Source: an uncultured Clostridia bacterium (GTDB lineage: Bacteria; Bacillota; Clostridia; TANB77; CAG-508). From it: a stretch of DNA of 64,000 bases. A model generated the notes under the pieces. It had not been told where the DNA came from. It saw only the letters and a program-made list of their open reading frames with translations, and made no database searches. Every line of letters starts with the position of its first letter. The first letter of the stretch is position 1. The position numbers and the translations under genes are program-made. Location: the NCBI GenBank assembly GCA_944392605.1, contig CALXXE010000005.1, positions 73,525-137,524 on the forward strand, written 5' to 3'. Shown in pieces: positions 20,509 through 29,789 of the stretch.

Positions 20509-20540
20509 CGGGAGCTCCTTTATGGAGCTTCCGTTAATTT
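20509..20540 (+). terminator. Intrinsic terminator of the island-1 gene
   Basis: CGGGAGCTCC / GGAGCTTCCG 10-bp stem (one G-U pair), loop TTTAT, then TTAATTTT. Confidence 0.65.
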
Positions 20541-20605
20541 TGTAAAATCATGATGTTAAAATACTGATTATATGATAAAATAATAAAATAATAAAAAGTC
20601 AAGGG

Positions 20606-21607
20606 ATGATATATATTATGACAGAAAAAGAAATGATGGAAAAAATAATAAAAGGGATACCTAAAAGTGTATATAAAGGATCGCCGGAGGAAATAGAAAT
20701 TAAAATCGCTTTATATGTATATATAGAACTTGGAAAAATGAAATCGATTGACGAAAAAGTATATTGGGGAAATGGAAAAACGGCTTATAAAGTAATAGAA
20801 CAATCAAGAAGAGATAGTAAAGATATAAACGTGTTAGCAAGAAAAAGAAAGCTTACATGTATATCAATAGCAAATCTTTATAAAGAAGTGTTAAATAGAT
20901 TAGGGATTGAATGTAAAACAGTAAGATTTGATCCTCCGGATGTTCATTTAGATAATATAATTACTTTAAAAAGTGGTAGAAAAATATTTGCAGGATTACA
21001 ATCAGATATAAATAATATAAAGACAAGAAGAAGATTGGGATATTTTACTGCAATAGGAAAAGAGGATTTTTTACAAGAAGATGTATTAGCTCATTATCTA
21101 ATGGAAATTGGTTATGTATTTGATAATGAAAGCTTTAGAGAAAATCAAATTGATGATATAAAAAGAAGAGTAGAGTATATGGAACCTAGAAATGCATTAG
21201 CTGTTATTGTGGGAAGTGATGAGGTCTATAAAGGAATTAAAGATTTAGACGTTTCAGAAGCTTATTTCTATTATAAAAAGACAATAGAAGAGGTATTAGA
21301 TGATAAAAGATTTGAAAAAATATATAGATTTCCATGTTATACATTAGATAAAAATAAAGAACCAAATTTTTCCACATTTTGTATTTTTGCTGATACAGGA
21401 AATTATAGAACAATAACACCATATTTATATTCTAAAAAGCATGGAAGAATGCTTGTATGTGATTTAGAAACGTTAGAAAGATTAGAGGAACAAGGGCTAC
21501 ATTTCGGAAATTCAATATTTACTAGAGGAAAAAGAAAATTAGAGAATTATATAGATAGAGCAATGATGGCAAAAGAGATGAAAGAAGAAAAAGAATCAGA
21601 AAGATAA
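20606..21607 (+). CDS. Hypothetical protein, possible transglutaminase-like Cys-His-Asp fold
   Basis: LTCISIANLYKEVLNRLGIECKTV...DVHLDN resembles the transglutaminase-like core pattern; the start may be ATG 20618. Confidence 0.5.
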   Translation: MIYIMTEKEMMEKIIKGIPKSVYKGSPEEIEIKIALYVYIELGKMKSIDEKVYWGNGKTAYKVIEQSRRDSKDINVLARKRKLTCISIANLYKEVLNRLGIECKTVRFDPPDVHLDNIITLKSGRKIFAGLQSDINNIKTRRRLGYFTAIGKEDFLQEDVLAHYLMEIGYVFDNESFRENQIDDIKRRVEYMEPRNALAVIVGSDEVYKGIKDLDVSEAYFYYKKTIEEVLDDKRFEKIYRFPCYTLDKNKEPNFSTFCIFADTGNYRTITPYLYSKKHGRMLVCDLETLERLEEQGLHFGNSIFTRGKRKLENYIDRAMMAKEMKEEKESER

Positions 21608-21710
21608 AATAAATAAATATGCAAAAATTTGTTTTGTATTTCTATTGACTTTTGATGATTAAATATATATAATTAGCAAAGTTAGGAATATTGAAATATG
21701 GGGTGATAAA

Positions 21711-22265
21711 ATGAAAGAAGAATTTTTAAATTTATTAAGGCAAGTAAAAAGAGATGGGATAGAAGATTTGATAAACTTTTTGGAAAAATCAGACTTTTCT
21801 ACAGCACCAGCAAGTACTAGATTTCATGGAAATCATGAAGGTGGTTTAGTAGAACATAGTTTAAAAGTATATGAAATATTAAAACATAAAGTAGAACATT
21901 GTATAAAGGATATAGATATTCCAGAAGAATCTATAATAATAATTGGACTATTACATGATATTTGTAAAACAAATTTCTATAAAATAGATTATAGAAATGC
22001 AAAAAATGCATTAGGTGTATGGGAAAAAGTACCTTATTATACAGTAGAAGATACAATACCATATGGACATGGAGAAAAATCTGTTATGATGATAACAGAG
22101 TATATGAAACTAACTCCAGAAGAAAAATATTCAATAAGATGGCATATGGGATATACAGAACCTAAGGAAAATTATAATGCAATTGGTGCAAGTTACACTA
22201 AATATCCAATAGCATTATTAACACATGAGGCAGATTTAGAGGCAACTTATTTTTATAATACATAG
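21711..22265 (+). CDS. HD-domain phosphohydrolase
   Basis: RFHGNHEGGLVEHS, GLLHDICK, YGHGEKS, RWHMG metal-ligand pattern. Confidence 0.75.
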   Translation: MKEEFLNLLRQVKRDGIEDLINFLEKSDFSTAPASTRFHGNHEGGLVEHSLKVYEILKHKVEHCIKDIDIPEESIIIIGLLHDICKTNFYKIDYRNAKNALGVWEKVPYYTVEDTIPYGHGEKSVMMITEYMKLTPEEKYSIRWHMGYTEPKENYNAIGASYTKYPIALLTHEADLEATYFYNT

Positions 22266-22294
22266 GAAAGAAAATAAGAAAGAGAGAAAGTAAA

Positions 22295-22930
22295 ATGTTA
22301 GCATATATCAAAGGAAAATTAGAAATGAAGATGACAGGATATGTTGTAATAGATGTAGGTGGACTTGGTTACAAGGTATTTATGTCAGAAGCAGGAATTG
22401 AAAATTTGGGAAATATTGGAGATACAGTAAAAGTACATACTTACTATAGAGTAAGAGAAGATGATATTAGTATATTTGGATTTAATACATTAGAAGAACT
22501 TAAAATGTTTGAATTATTATTAGGAGTAAGTGGAGTAGGAGCAAGAACGGCCCTAACAATGCTTGCAACATGTACTCCATCAGAGTTTGCTTTAGCTGTA
22601 GTATCAGAAGATATAAAAACCTTAACTGCTATTCCAGGAATAGGGCCTAAATCAGCAAAAAGAATTATATTAGAATTAAAAGATAAAATAAAGAAAGAAC
22701 AAGAAGTAGAAGCGATAAAGGAACAAATAGATAAGAAGGAAAAAGATGATATTAAATCAAAATTTGATGAAGTAATTGAAGCGAAAGGAAAAGTGAGTGA
22801 AGCAATGGCAGCACTTCAAGTACTTGGATACAATAAAAAAGAAATAGAAAAAGTATTTGAAAAACTAGACGCAAAAGAATTATCTACAGAAGAGTTAATT
22901 AAAAAAGGATTAAGTTTATTAAGTAGATAG
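22295..22930 (+). CDS. ruvA: Holliday junction branch-migration complex subunit RuvA
   Basis: MLAYIKGKLE..VVIDVGGLGYKVF, HhH motifs IPGIGPKSAKRIILELK, C-terminal domain III. Confidence 0.9.
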   Translation: MLAYIKGKLEMKMTGYVVIDVGGLGYKVFMSEAGIENLGNIGDTVKVHTYYRVREDDISIFGFNTLEELKMFELLLGVSGVGARTALTMLATCTPSEFALAVVSEDIKTLTAIPGIGPKSAKRIILELKDKIKKEQEVEAIKEQIDKKEKDDIKSKFDEVIEAKGKVSEAMAALQVLGYNKKEIEKVFEKLDAKELSTEELIKKGLSLLSR

Positions 22931-22973
22931 TAAAAAATAAAAGGAAAATTAATAAATTAAAGGAGGGAAAGTA

Positions 22974-24266
22974 ATGAATACAAATGAACCTTTGGCTTTT
23001 CGTATGAGACCAAAAACATTAGATGATTATGTTGGGCAAGAACATGTTTTAGCAAAAGATAAGGTGTTATACAGAACAATTAAAGCAGACAGATTATCAA
23101 GTATCATATTATTTGGACCTCCTGGTTGTGGTAAAACTTCACTTGCAAGAGTAATTAGTGAAACGACTAAATATAAATTTTATAAAATAAATGCGGTAAC
23201 AGCGGGAGTTGCAGACATTAAAAGAGTAATAGAAGAAACCAAGAATTTTATGCTAAATCCAGCAGGAAAAAGCATATTATTTATTGATGAGATTCATAGA
23301 TTTAATAAATTACAACAAGATGCTCTTCTTCCATATGTAGAAAATGGAACAATTATTTTAATTGGAGCAACAACTGAAAACCCATATTTTGAAGTAAACA
23401 AGGCTTTGATTTCAAGATCTATGGTAATAAAATTAAATCCGTTAACAGAAGAAAATATATATCAAATATTAAAAAATGCTATTTCAAAAAAAGAGGGGCT
23501 TGGAGAATATAATATAAAAATAGAAGATAGTACATTAAAAAAACTAGCAGTAATTAGTAATGGAGATGTAAGAACAGCTTTAAATGGTCTAGAAGTTGCT
23601 ACGTTGACTACTGCAATGAGTGAAGATGGCTATATTTATTTAACAGATGATATAATAAAAAACAGTGTACAAGAAAGAAAAGCTGTATTTGATAAAAATG
23701 GAGAACAACATTATGATAATATAAGTGCTTTTATAAAATCAATGAGAGGTTCAGACCCAGATGCAGCGGTATTTTATCTTGCAAGAGCTTTAAATGGTGG
23801 AGAGGATCCAATGTTTTTAGCAAGAAGAATAGTAATATGTGCATCAGAAGATGTTGGTATGGCAAATCCTAATGCTTTAGTTGTAGCTAACAGTGCAATG
23901 CAAGCAGTACATATGATAGGAATGCCTGAAGCAAGAATATTACTTTCAGAAGCAGCAATATATGTTGCAACATCTCCAAAGTCAAATGCATCTTACATGG
24001 CAATTAATAAAGCTTTAGAAGATGTGAAAAATAAAGATACAGGAGAAGTTCCAATGCATATTAGAAATGCACCAATAGAGCAAATGAAAAATTTGGGATA
24101 TCATGAAGGGTATTTATATCCACATAATTATCCAGGGCACTATATAGAACAACAATATCTTCCAGATGAGATGGTAGGTACTAAATATTATGATGATAGT
24201 GATATACCAGAAAAAGTAGAAAAACAAATAAAGAGCCCAAGAAAAGTAAAAAAAGAAGAAAAATAA
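22974..24266 (+). CDS. rarA: Replication-associated recombination protein A (RarA/MgsA AAA+ ATPase)
   Basis: [65 protein letters not shown]. Confidence 0.9.
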   Translation: MNTNEPLAFRMRPKTLDDYVGQEHVLAKDKVLYRTIKADRLSSIILFGPPGCGKTSLARVISETTKYKFYKINAVTAGVADIKRVIEETKNFMLNPAGKSILFIDEIHRFNKLQQDALLPYVENGTIILIGATTENPYFEVNKALISRSMVIKLNPLTEENIYQILKNAISKKEGLGEYNIKIEDSTLKKLAVISNGDVRTALNGLEVATLTTAMSEDGYIYLTDDIIKNSVQERKAVFDKNGEQHYDNISAFIKSMRGSDPDAAVFYLARALNGGEDPMFLARRIVICASEDVGMANPNALVVANSAMQAVHMIGMPEARILLSEAAIYVATSPKSNASYMAINKALEDVKNKDTGEVPMHIRNAPIEQMKNLGYHEGYLYPHNYPGHYIEQQYLPDEMVGTKYYDDSDIPEKVEKQIKSPRKVKKEEK

Positions 24267-24325
24267 AATAGAAAATAAATAAAAAAATAAAAATTGGAAA
24301 ACCTACTATAAAGTAGGTTTTTATT

Positions 24326-24673
24326 ATGTTAAAAAAAGGATTAATTGGTGTGATTGCAGGGATAATTAGTGGATTGTTTTCAACTGGTGGCGGGATGATA
24401 ATAGTTCCGGCATTTATTCATTTATTAAATATGGAAGACACTAAAGCTAGAGGAACATCAGTTTTTTGTATTTTACCAATGGTGCTAACTAGTAGTATTT
24501 TTTATTATCAAGGAAATTATATTAATTGGAATACTGCCATTCTTTGTGCTATTGGAGGAACTATTGGTGGATATTTTGGTGCTAGGTTGTTAAAAAAATT
24601 ACCAGAAAAAGTATTGAAAATTGCATTTACTGTTTTCTTAGTGTATGTGTCTTTTAGAATGATAACAAGTTAA
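24326..24673 (+). CDS. TauE/SafE (DUF81) family membrane protein, half-size (4 TM)
   Basis: GVIAGIISGLFSTGGGMIIVP signature; 115 aa. Confidence 0.75.
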   Translation: MLKKGLIGVIAGIISGLFSTGGGMIIVPAFIHLLNMEDTKARGTSVFCILPMVLTSSIFYYQGNYINWNTAILCAIGGTIGGYFGARLLKKLPEKVLKIAFTVFLVYVSFRMITS

Positions 24674-24689
24674 ATAAAGGAAGATTTCT

Positions 24690-25067
24690 ATGTTTGAAAT
24701 ACTAATTGGAGTGATTTCTGGAATTGTTTCAGGAACTGGTATGGGAGGAGGAACAATACTTATATTTCTTCTTACTTTTATTATGGGAGTGGAACAAAGA
24801 GTAGCACAAGCAACAAACTTAATATTTTTTATACCAACATCTTTAATTGCAATTATTGTTAATTTAAAAAATAAAAATTTGGACATAAAAACAGGAATCA
24901 TAATTTCAGTTTTTGGAATATTTGGAGCGATTGTTGGAGCAAATTTAGCAATTCATATGGATGTAAATATTTTAAAGAAGTGTTTTGGAATTTTCCTTGC
25001 TTTAATTGCGGTAAATGAAATATATTCCATAACAAAACAGTATAAAAAAGTAAAAAACAAAGAATAA
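24690..25067 (+). CDS. TauE/SafE (DUF81) family membrane protein, half-size (4 TM)
   Basis: GVISGIVSGTGMGGGTILIF signature; own AAGGAAG SD 16 nt after the upstream stop codon. Confidence 0.75.
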   Translation: MFEILIGVISGIVSGTGMGGGTILIFLLTFIMGVEQRVAQATNLIFFIPTSLIAIIVNLKNKNLDIKTGIIISVFGIFGAIVGANLAIHMDVNILKKCFGIFLALIAVNEIYSITKQYKKVKNKE

Positions 25068-25092
25068 TAAATAAAAAAGAGAGGTGAATTTT

Positions 25093-25233
25093 ATGAAATT
25101 TATTAAAGGTGTTATGATAGGGGGATTAATCACAACAGGTTTAGTTATGATGTATGCCGAAAGTAATAAAATGAATAAAAAAGCTGTTATGAAACAAGGA
25201 AAGAAAATGGCTAAAAAAATGGGGATTATATAA
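25093..25233 (+). CDS. Small membrane protein (46 aa), not in the ORF track
   Basis: AGAGGTG SD upstream of the ATG; MKFIKGVMIGGLITTGLVMMY TM followed by a K-rich tail. Confidence 0.45.
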   Translation: MKFIKGVMIGGLITTGLVMMYAESNKMNKKAVMKQGKKMAKKMGII

Positions 25234-25404
25234 AAAGAAGGAGGTACTTTCGCCAAAGTACCTCCAATACCCAAAAGTGAATTTACTTTCAGGTATCCGA
25301 TAAAGGAGAATTAACCAGCTATACGTAAAGCAAGTACATAGAGGAGAGGAGCTAATCAAATTCTCCATTAATCGGCTAAGCAATGACTGCAATTTTGCAA
25401 CCTA
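25232..25404 (-). ncRNA. Candidate small RNA or 3'UTR-derived RNA, unclassified
   Basis: On the minus strand: TTGACA (25439-25434), 17-nt spacer, TAGAAT (25416-25411); about 170 nt without an ORF and with long imperfect stems; 11-bp terminator hairpin (25240-25265) plus TTCTTTTTA. Confidence 0.35.
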
Positions 25405-25445
25405 AAATTTATTCTATTATAAAAAAGCTCTTTTGTCAAATAAGA

Positions 25446-25928
25446 TTAAAAGTTTAAATCTTTAAAATCTTCTTCTTTTAAAAATGTCTCTTTTTCTTTT
25501 TTACAGTGGCATTTTTCTTTTCTATCATCAATGAAGCAATCACATTTATCATGTTTCTCACCTTTTAAGCATTTACCTTCATGATGGCATTTAGCACATA
25601 TTTTTATTTTCTTTGTGTTATTAACCCATATTTGAATAGCATATTCTTTACCAGGGCATAAAGGACCAAATACAAACTCTCCTTCTTCATCTGTGAAAGT
25701 ATGACCTATTGGTCTTCTTTCTTCTTTTCCGTCTTCACAAACAATTTCAACTAGTTTAATAACAGCATTATCAACTGGTTCTTTGAAACAATCTTTAACA
25801 ACACCATATATAACATCACGGTTATCTTCTGGTAAAGTTATATCTAAATCAAATTGTTTACCACCTGATATAACACCATCTACATCTAAAATTGGGCAAT
25901 ATGGTTTTTTACAATCTTCTTTATCCAT
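25446..25928 (-). CDS. Hypothetical protein: prealbumin/CarboxypepD_reg-like beta-sandwich plus Cys/His-rich tail
   Basis: VIYGVVKD..AVIKLVE..FTDEEGEFVFGPL..YAIQIW pattern; tail CAKCHHEGKC..CDC..CHC; the ATG at 25928 has an AAAGGAA SD. Confidence 0.55.
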   Translation of the reverse strand: MDKEDCKKPYCPILDVDGVISGGKQFDLDITLPEDNRDVIYGVVKDCFKEPVDNAVIKLVEIVCEDGKEERRPIGHTFTDEEGEFVFGPLCPGKEYAIQIWVNNTKKIKICAKCHHEGKCLKGEKHDKCDCFIDDRKEKCHCKKEKETFLKEEDFKDLNF

Positions 25929-26087
25929 AATTCTCATTCCTTTCTAAATAAACAACATATATGCTGTTTATATATCATATGAGAGAAAACAAAGAAATTT
26001 GACAAGTTTTGTTTAATTTTTAAATGGATAAATATTGTAAAAATGTCATAAATATGGTATAATAAAATTATGATTGGAGGAGATAAT

Positions 26088-26555
26088 ATGGATGATAATG
26101 ATAAAAAGGAAGAATTAGAAATAAACAATGAAGAAGTAAAACATGAAACAGTGGAAGTAGTAAAAGAAGAACCAAAATCACAAACACAATCAACAATTGA
26201 AGAACCAAAAAAAGATAAAAAAGGTTTAGCAATTGCTGCAATGGTACTAGGAATTGTATCATTAGTGTTATTCTGTATATGGTATATATCTATACCTTGT
26301 GCAATACTAGCTTTAGTATTTGGTATTTTATCATTAAAATCTAGTAAGAGAGGAATGGCAATTGCAGGTATTTCAACAGGAGCTGTAGGATTCATATTAA
26401 TGGTTATACTTTATGTATTTATTTTCTTTGTAGTAGGTATTGGAACATATTCAGGAATACAAAGCATACAAAGCATAATAGATGAATATGAAGACCATAA
26501 TTACAATTATAATTATAATAATTATAACTATGACGATTATGATAATTGGTTCTAA
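26088..26555 (+). CDS. DUF4190-like membrane protein with acidic N-terminus and N/Y-rich tail
   Basis: GGAGGAG SD; GLAIAAMVLGIVSLV...GILSLKSSKRGMAIAGISTGAVG; C-terminal NYNYNYNNYNYDDYDNWF. Confidence 0.7.
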   Translation: MDDNDKKEELEINNEEVKHETVEVVKEEPKSQTQSTIEEPKKDKKGLAIAAMVLGIVSLVLFCIWYISIPCAILALVFGILSLKSSKRGMAIAGISTGAVGFILMVILYVFIFFVVGIGTYSGIQSIQSIIDEYEDHNYNYNYNNYNYDDYDNWF

Positions 26556-26641
26556 AAAAACAGGAGGATATTCGATAAAGAATATCCTTTTTTATTTTTT
26601 TTTGATATAATGATAAAAACAAAAAAACAAAGAGGAAAAAA

Positions 26642-29383
26642 ATGGAGAGAAAAGATTTAAGAAGTTATATAATTCCAGTTAGAGTAGAAAATACAAACGA
26701 ATTTGGAGAAATAGAAGAAGAATATTCTACAACTGATTTAATATATATAGAAAATGCAGATGAATATACAAAGCATAACGATGATTGGAAGCAAGAAGAT
26801 GTTACTGATTATTCGATAATGAATGGTGGCGTGCCGGAGTTATGGTTAAGAAGTACAGCTAGTTATCCATATATAGACACAACTAGTTATAGTGAAGTCT
26901 ATGGAGACGATTCTTCAAGGACAGAATATAGTATAATGCCTTGCTTACATTTTAAAATCACTAAAGAAATAGAAGATTTTAATCTTACTGAAGAAAATGA
27001 TGGGAAAAATAGTACAAGACATATATTGAATATAGGAGAATATCCAAAAAATAAAGTTAATCAAGACTTGGAAAAGAAACTTGAAGAATTATATCATGGA
27101 GGAGTACTTAGAAAGGGAATAAAAGCAACTGGAAGATGGTACTCAGTTAATGCGGGAGATACTGAAAAACTAACTTATTTAGAAAAGCATAATCCAGAAT
27201 TTGAGTATGAAGGTAATAAGTATGTAAGAGTAGTACAGAATGCATATAATGATTCTGTAGAGTATTCAGATGAAACAAAAGCAGGAGAAAATGGAGTAGT
27301 AAGATGGGTAAAAGTAGAGCCTATATCTTTTGAAATATTGAATTGGGATAATTTGCCAAAAATAATAAACCCAAATGGTAGAGGTAAAGATGATTGTTTT
27401 AGACTTAGAGCAAGTGATGGGATTGTATCTAGTATTCCTTTCCTACAACACGGAAGCAATTTAGATCTTTCAAAATCATTTTGGGAGCATAGCACATTAA
27501 GAGGATTTTTAAATGGTACTAATGTAATAGATATTTATAATAATTTTGGAGGAGATTTTTCAAAAGGATGTAGCTTTTTAGATGAAGCTTTTGATTTATC
27601 AAGAGAGCCAATTAAAGAATATGAACTACCAGAAGGAGAAGTAGAAATTGCAGATAATGCTTTTAATGGATGTGTATCACTAGAAAGTATAAAATTACCC
27701 ACAGGAGTAAACAAACTAGGAAAGAAAGCATTTAGTGGACTGGATTTCAAATTTTTATATGTAAATGATATTGATGGAAGTATAATTTTTTCAAAAGATA
27801 AAATACAAAACGAGGATTATAGAAGAGTAGATACATTTGATAAAATCATGAGAACTTTAGATGATTTTGACTATAATGAGATTTTGAAAAATGCAAAAGC
27901 ATATGCATTTGATAAAAAAACAAACGAACTTATGGATTTTTCAGAAAAATTAAGTAGAAGTAAATTTAGGATGCCATATGTTTATGTAGAACAATTAATT
28001 AGAAACAATTTAGCTAGGAATCTAATTGAAAATGGAGAGTTTAGATTTTTAAGAAGTGAAATCCCAGACATAAATGATAGGTTACTAGATTTTTCTGATG
28101 AAGAAAAAATTGATTTCTATAAGTTTGCAAGTGCATTAGGTTGTTTTTCAAAAGAAAAAATGCTAGATGAAAAAGGAAAAGAAATTGAAGTAATAATGGG
28201 ACAAAAAGCAACTTCTCTTCTTATGCAATTTTTGAAAACAGGTGCTATAAAATTAGGTCAATTCAAAGAGTTAGTTGGAATGATGCCACTTGGAGTTGAA
28301 CCTAATCAAGATTTTTTGGAATTCTTAGCTATTAAAGGGAAAAGTGGTAATTTTGAGAATTTAGAGACATTAATTGAATTAAATAAAAAATATAGGGGCT
28401 TAATTTCAAAAGTGATGCAAGATTTTAATGCTGTAAAAAGTTATAGAGAATCTGTGAACGAAACAGGAAAGCCTATATTGGTGTCATGGAGAGAATGTTT
28501 AGAGAAGTTTTATCTTAACAATAAGTATATTAGAGTAACTGATGAAAATAAAGATATAGCAAAACTATATGCAAGAAAGGGAATAAGACAGGAAGATTTC
28601 GATTATGCAAGTGAATTAAGAAGTAAAGCAATAAAGGAAGGAACGCCAGAACATATTTTAGGAGAATCATTAAAGGAAGAATCTATAATAGAGAGTATAG
28701 AAAGAATAAAAAGACAAACGGCAGAAGAATTACAAGATGGAAGAAAAATAATAGATGAACTATATGATAAACAATTTTACTATGAATGGCTAAATAAAAG
28801 AGATGCAGTAAATGGAATAATTGGTATATTTTGTAGCTGTTGTGCAAGCATAAATAATTCAGGTTATGGAGCAAATATTGCAGAAGCAACAATTGTTTCT
28901 CCTGATGTACAAAATCTAGTTGTTAGAAATTTAAAAGGACATATAATTGCAAAAGGAGCTATGTATGTTAATAGAAAATATGGATATGCAGTAATAAATG
29001 ATTTTGAATTAAATAGAAAATACAAACATCATGAAAGGTCTTCAGAAACAAAATACGAACCAGACGACAGCACAGGAAGATATGATGTGCCTGAAGATAG
29101 CAAAGAAGAGGAAGAAAGAGAATTAATATTCAAAGCATTTCAAAGAGGAATACAAGCGTTTATAGAAGAATATGAAAGCCAAAATCCAGATAATCCAATA
29201 AGACAGGTAAATGTAGGAAAAGGATATAATAGACTTAAAAGACAAGTAGATAGATTTGAAAGAGCTATTGAAAAATTAGATGTACCTTCTGACTATAGAT
29301 TTTGGGATGCAACAGAGAATCCACAGTATATTTTATATAAAAGAGAAGAAGAAAAAACAATAGAAAGTGGTGATGAAAGATAA
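26642..29383 (+). CDS. Large cytoplasmic protein (913 aa) with a BspA-type leucine-rich-repeat segment, otherwise unknown
   Basis: EIADNAFNGCVSLESIKLPTGVNKLGKKAFSG LRR_5-like unit; N-terminal ELWLRS motif; no signal peptide. Confidence 0.6.
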   Translation: MERKDLRSYIIPVRVENTNEFGEIEEEYSTTDLIYIENADEYTKHNDDWKQEDVTDYSIMNGGVPELWLRSTASYPYIDTTSYSEVYGDDSSRTEYSIMPCLHFKITKEIEDFNLTEENDGKNSTRHILNIGEYPKNKVNQDLEKKLEELYHGGVLRKGIKATGRWYSVNAGDTEKLTYLEKHNPEFEYEGNKYVRVVQNAYNDSVEYSDETKAGENGVVRWVKVEPISFEILNWDNLPKIINPNGRGKDDCFRLRASDGIVSSIPFLQHGSNLDLSKSFWEHSTLRGFLNGTNVIDIYNNFGGDFSKGCSFLDEAFDLSREPIKEYELPEGEVEIADNAFNGCVSLESIKLPTGVNKLGKKAFSGLDFKFLYVNDIDGSIIFSKDKIQNEDYRRVDTFDKIMRTLDDFDYNEILKNAKAYAFDKKTNELMDFSEKLSRSKFRMPYVYVEQLIRNNLARNLIENGEFRFLRSEIPDINDRLLDFSDEEKIDFYKFASALGCFSKEKMLDEKGKEIEVIMGQKATSLLMQFLKTGAIKLGQFKELVGMMPLGVEPNQDFLEFLAIKGKSGNFENLETLIELNKKYRGLISKVMQDFNAVKSYRESVNETGKPILVSWRECLEKFYLNNKYIRVTDENKDIAKLYARKGIRQEDFDYASELRSKAIKEGTPEHILGESLKEESIIESIERIKRQTAEELQDGRKIIDELYDKQFYYEWLNKRDAVNGIIGIFCSCCASINNSGYGANIAEATIVSPDVQNLVVRNLKGHIIAKGAMYVNRKYGYAVINDFELNRKYKHHERSSETKYEPDDSTGRYDVPEDSKEEEERELIFKAFQRGIQAFIEEYESQNPDNPIRQVNVGKGYNRLKRQVDRFERAIEKLDVPSDYRFWDATENPQYILYKREEEKTIESGDER

Positions 29384-29766
29384 TGACACAAACTCAAAAT
29401 AGAATTGTATTTCTAACTATGAAACTAGATTTGAAAGCAAGAGAATATAAAGAATTATGTTTAGAATTAGATAAAATAAAAAATAAAGAACAGGTAAGTA
29501 ATGAAGAGTTACTTGAATTAAAAAATAAATTCCAAATAAATCATGATGAAATAGTAGAAATAAATAAAGAGCTAAAAGAATTAAAAGAAAAAGATAGTGA
29601 TTTAAAGAATAAAAGTTTTAAACAAGAGAATTTGTTTAATAGAAATAAAGAATTTAATGAAAATAAAGAAGATAGTAAGGAAATAGTAGTAGAAAAGGAG
29701 AAAAATATAATAACAAAACTAATAGAAAAGTTGAGATTGTTATTAAAAAGATTAAAACGGATATAA
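29383..29766 (+). CDS. Coiled-coil protein (127 aa), translationally coupled to the upstream gene
   Basis: TAATG stop/start overlap at 29381-29385; K/E-rich heptad-like sequence. Confidence 0.55.
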   Translation: MTQTQNRIVFLTMKLDLKAREYKELCLELDKIKNKEQVSNEELLELKNKFQINHDEIVEINKELKELKEKDSDLKNKSFKQENLFNRNKEFNENKEDSKEIVVEKEKNIITKLIEKLRLLLKRLKRI

Positions 29767-29789
29767 ATAATTTAAAAGAGGATAAAGTT

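Noticed and set aside
19756-20540. Calling the GC-rich islands (here and at 57540-59175) mobile elements, or large structured ncRNAs of the GOLLD/ROOL/OLE type
   Set aside because: No recombinase, inverted repeats or convincing target duplications are visible. Long ORFs with SD, promoter and terminator signals fit protein coding better than ncRNA. I report them as compositional islands only.
26490-26545. Short tandem AAT/TAT-type repeats here, and K/E-rich repeats at 62700-62940, as possible repeat arrays or CRISPR
   Set aside because: They are in-frame coding low-complexity segments, an N/Y-rich tail and a K/E-rich tail. No repeat-spacer periodicity is present anywhere in the window.
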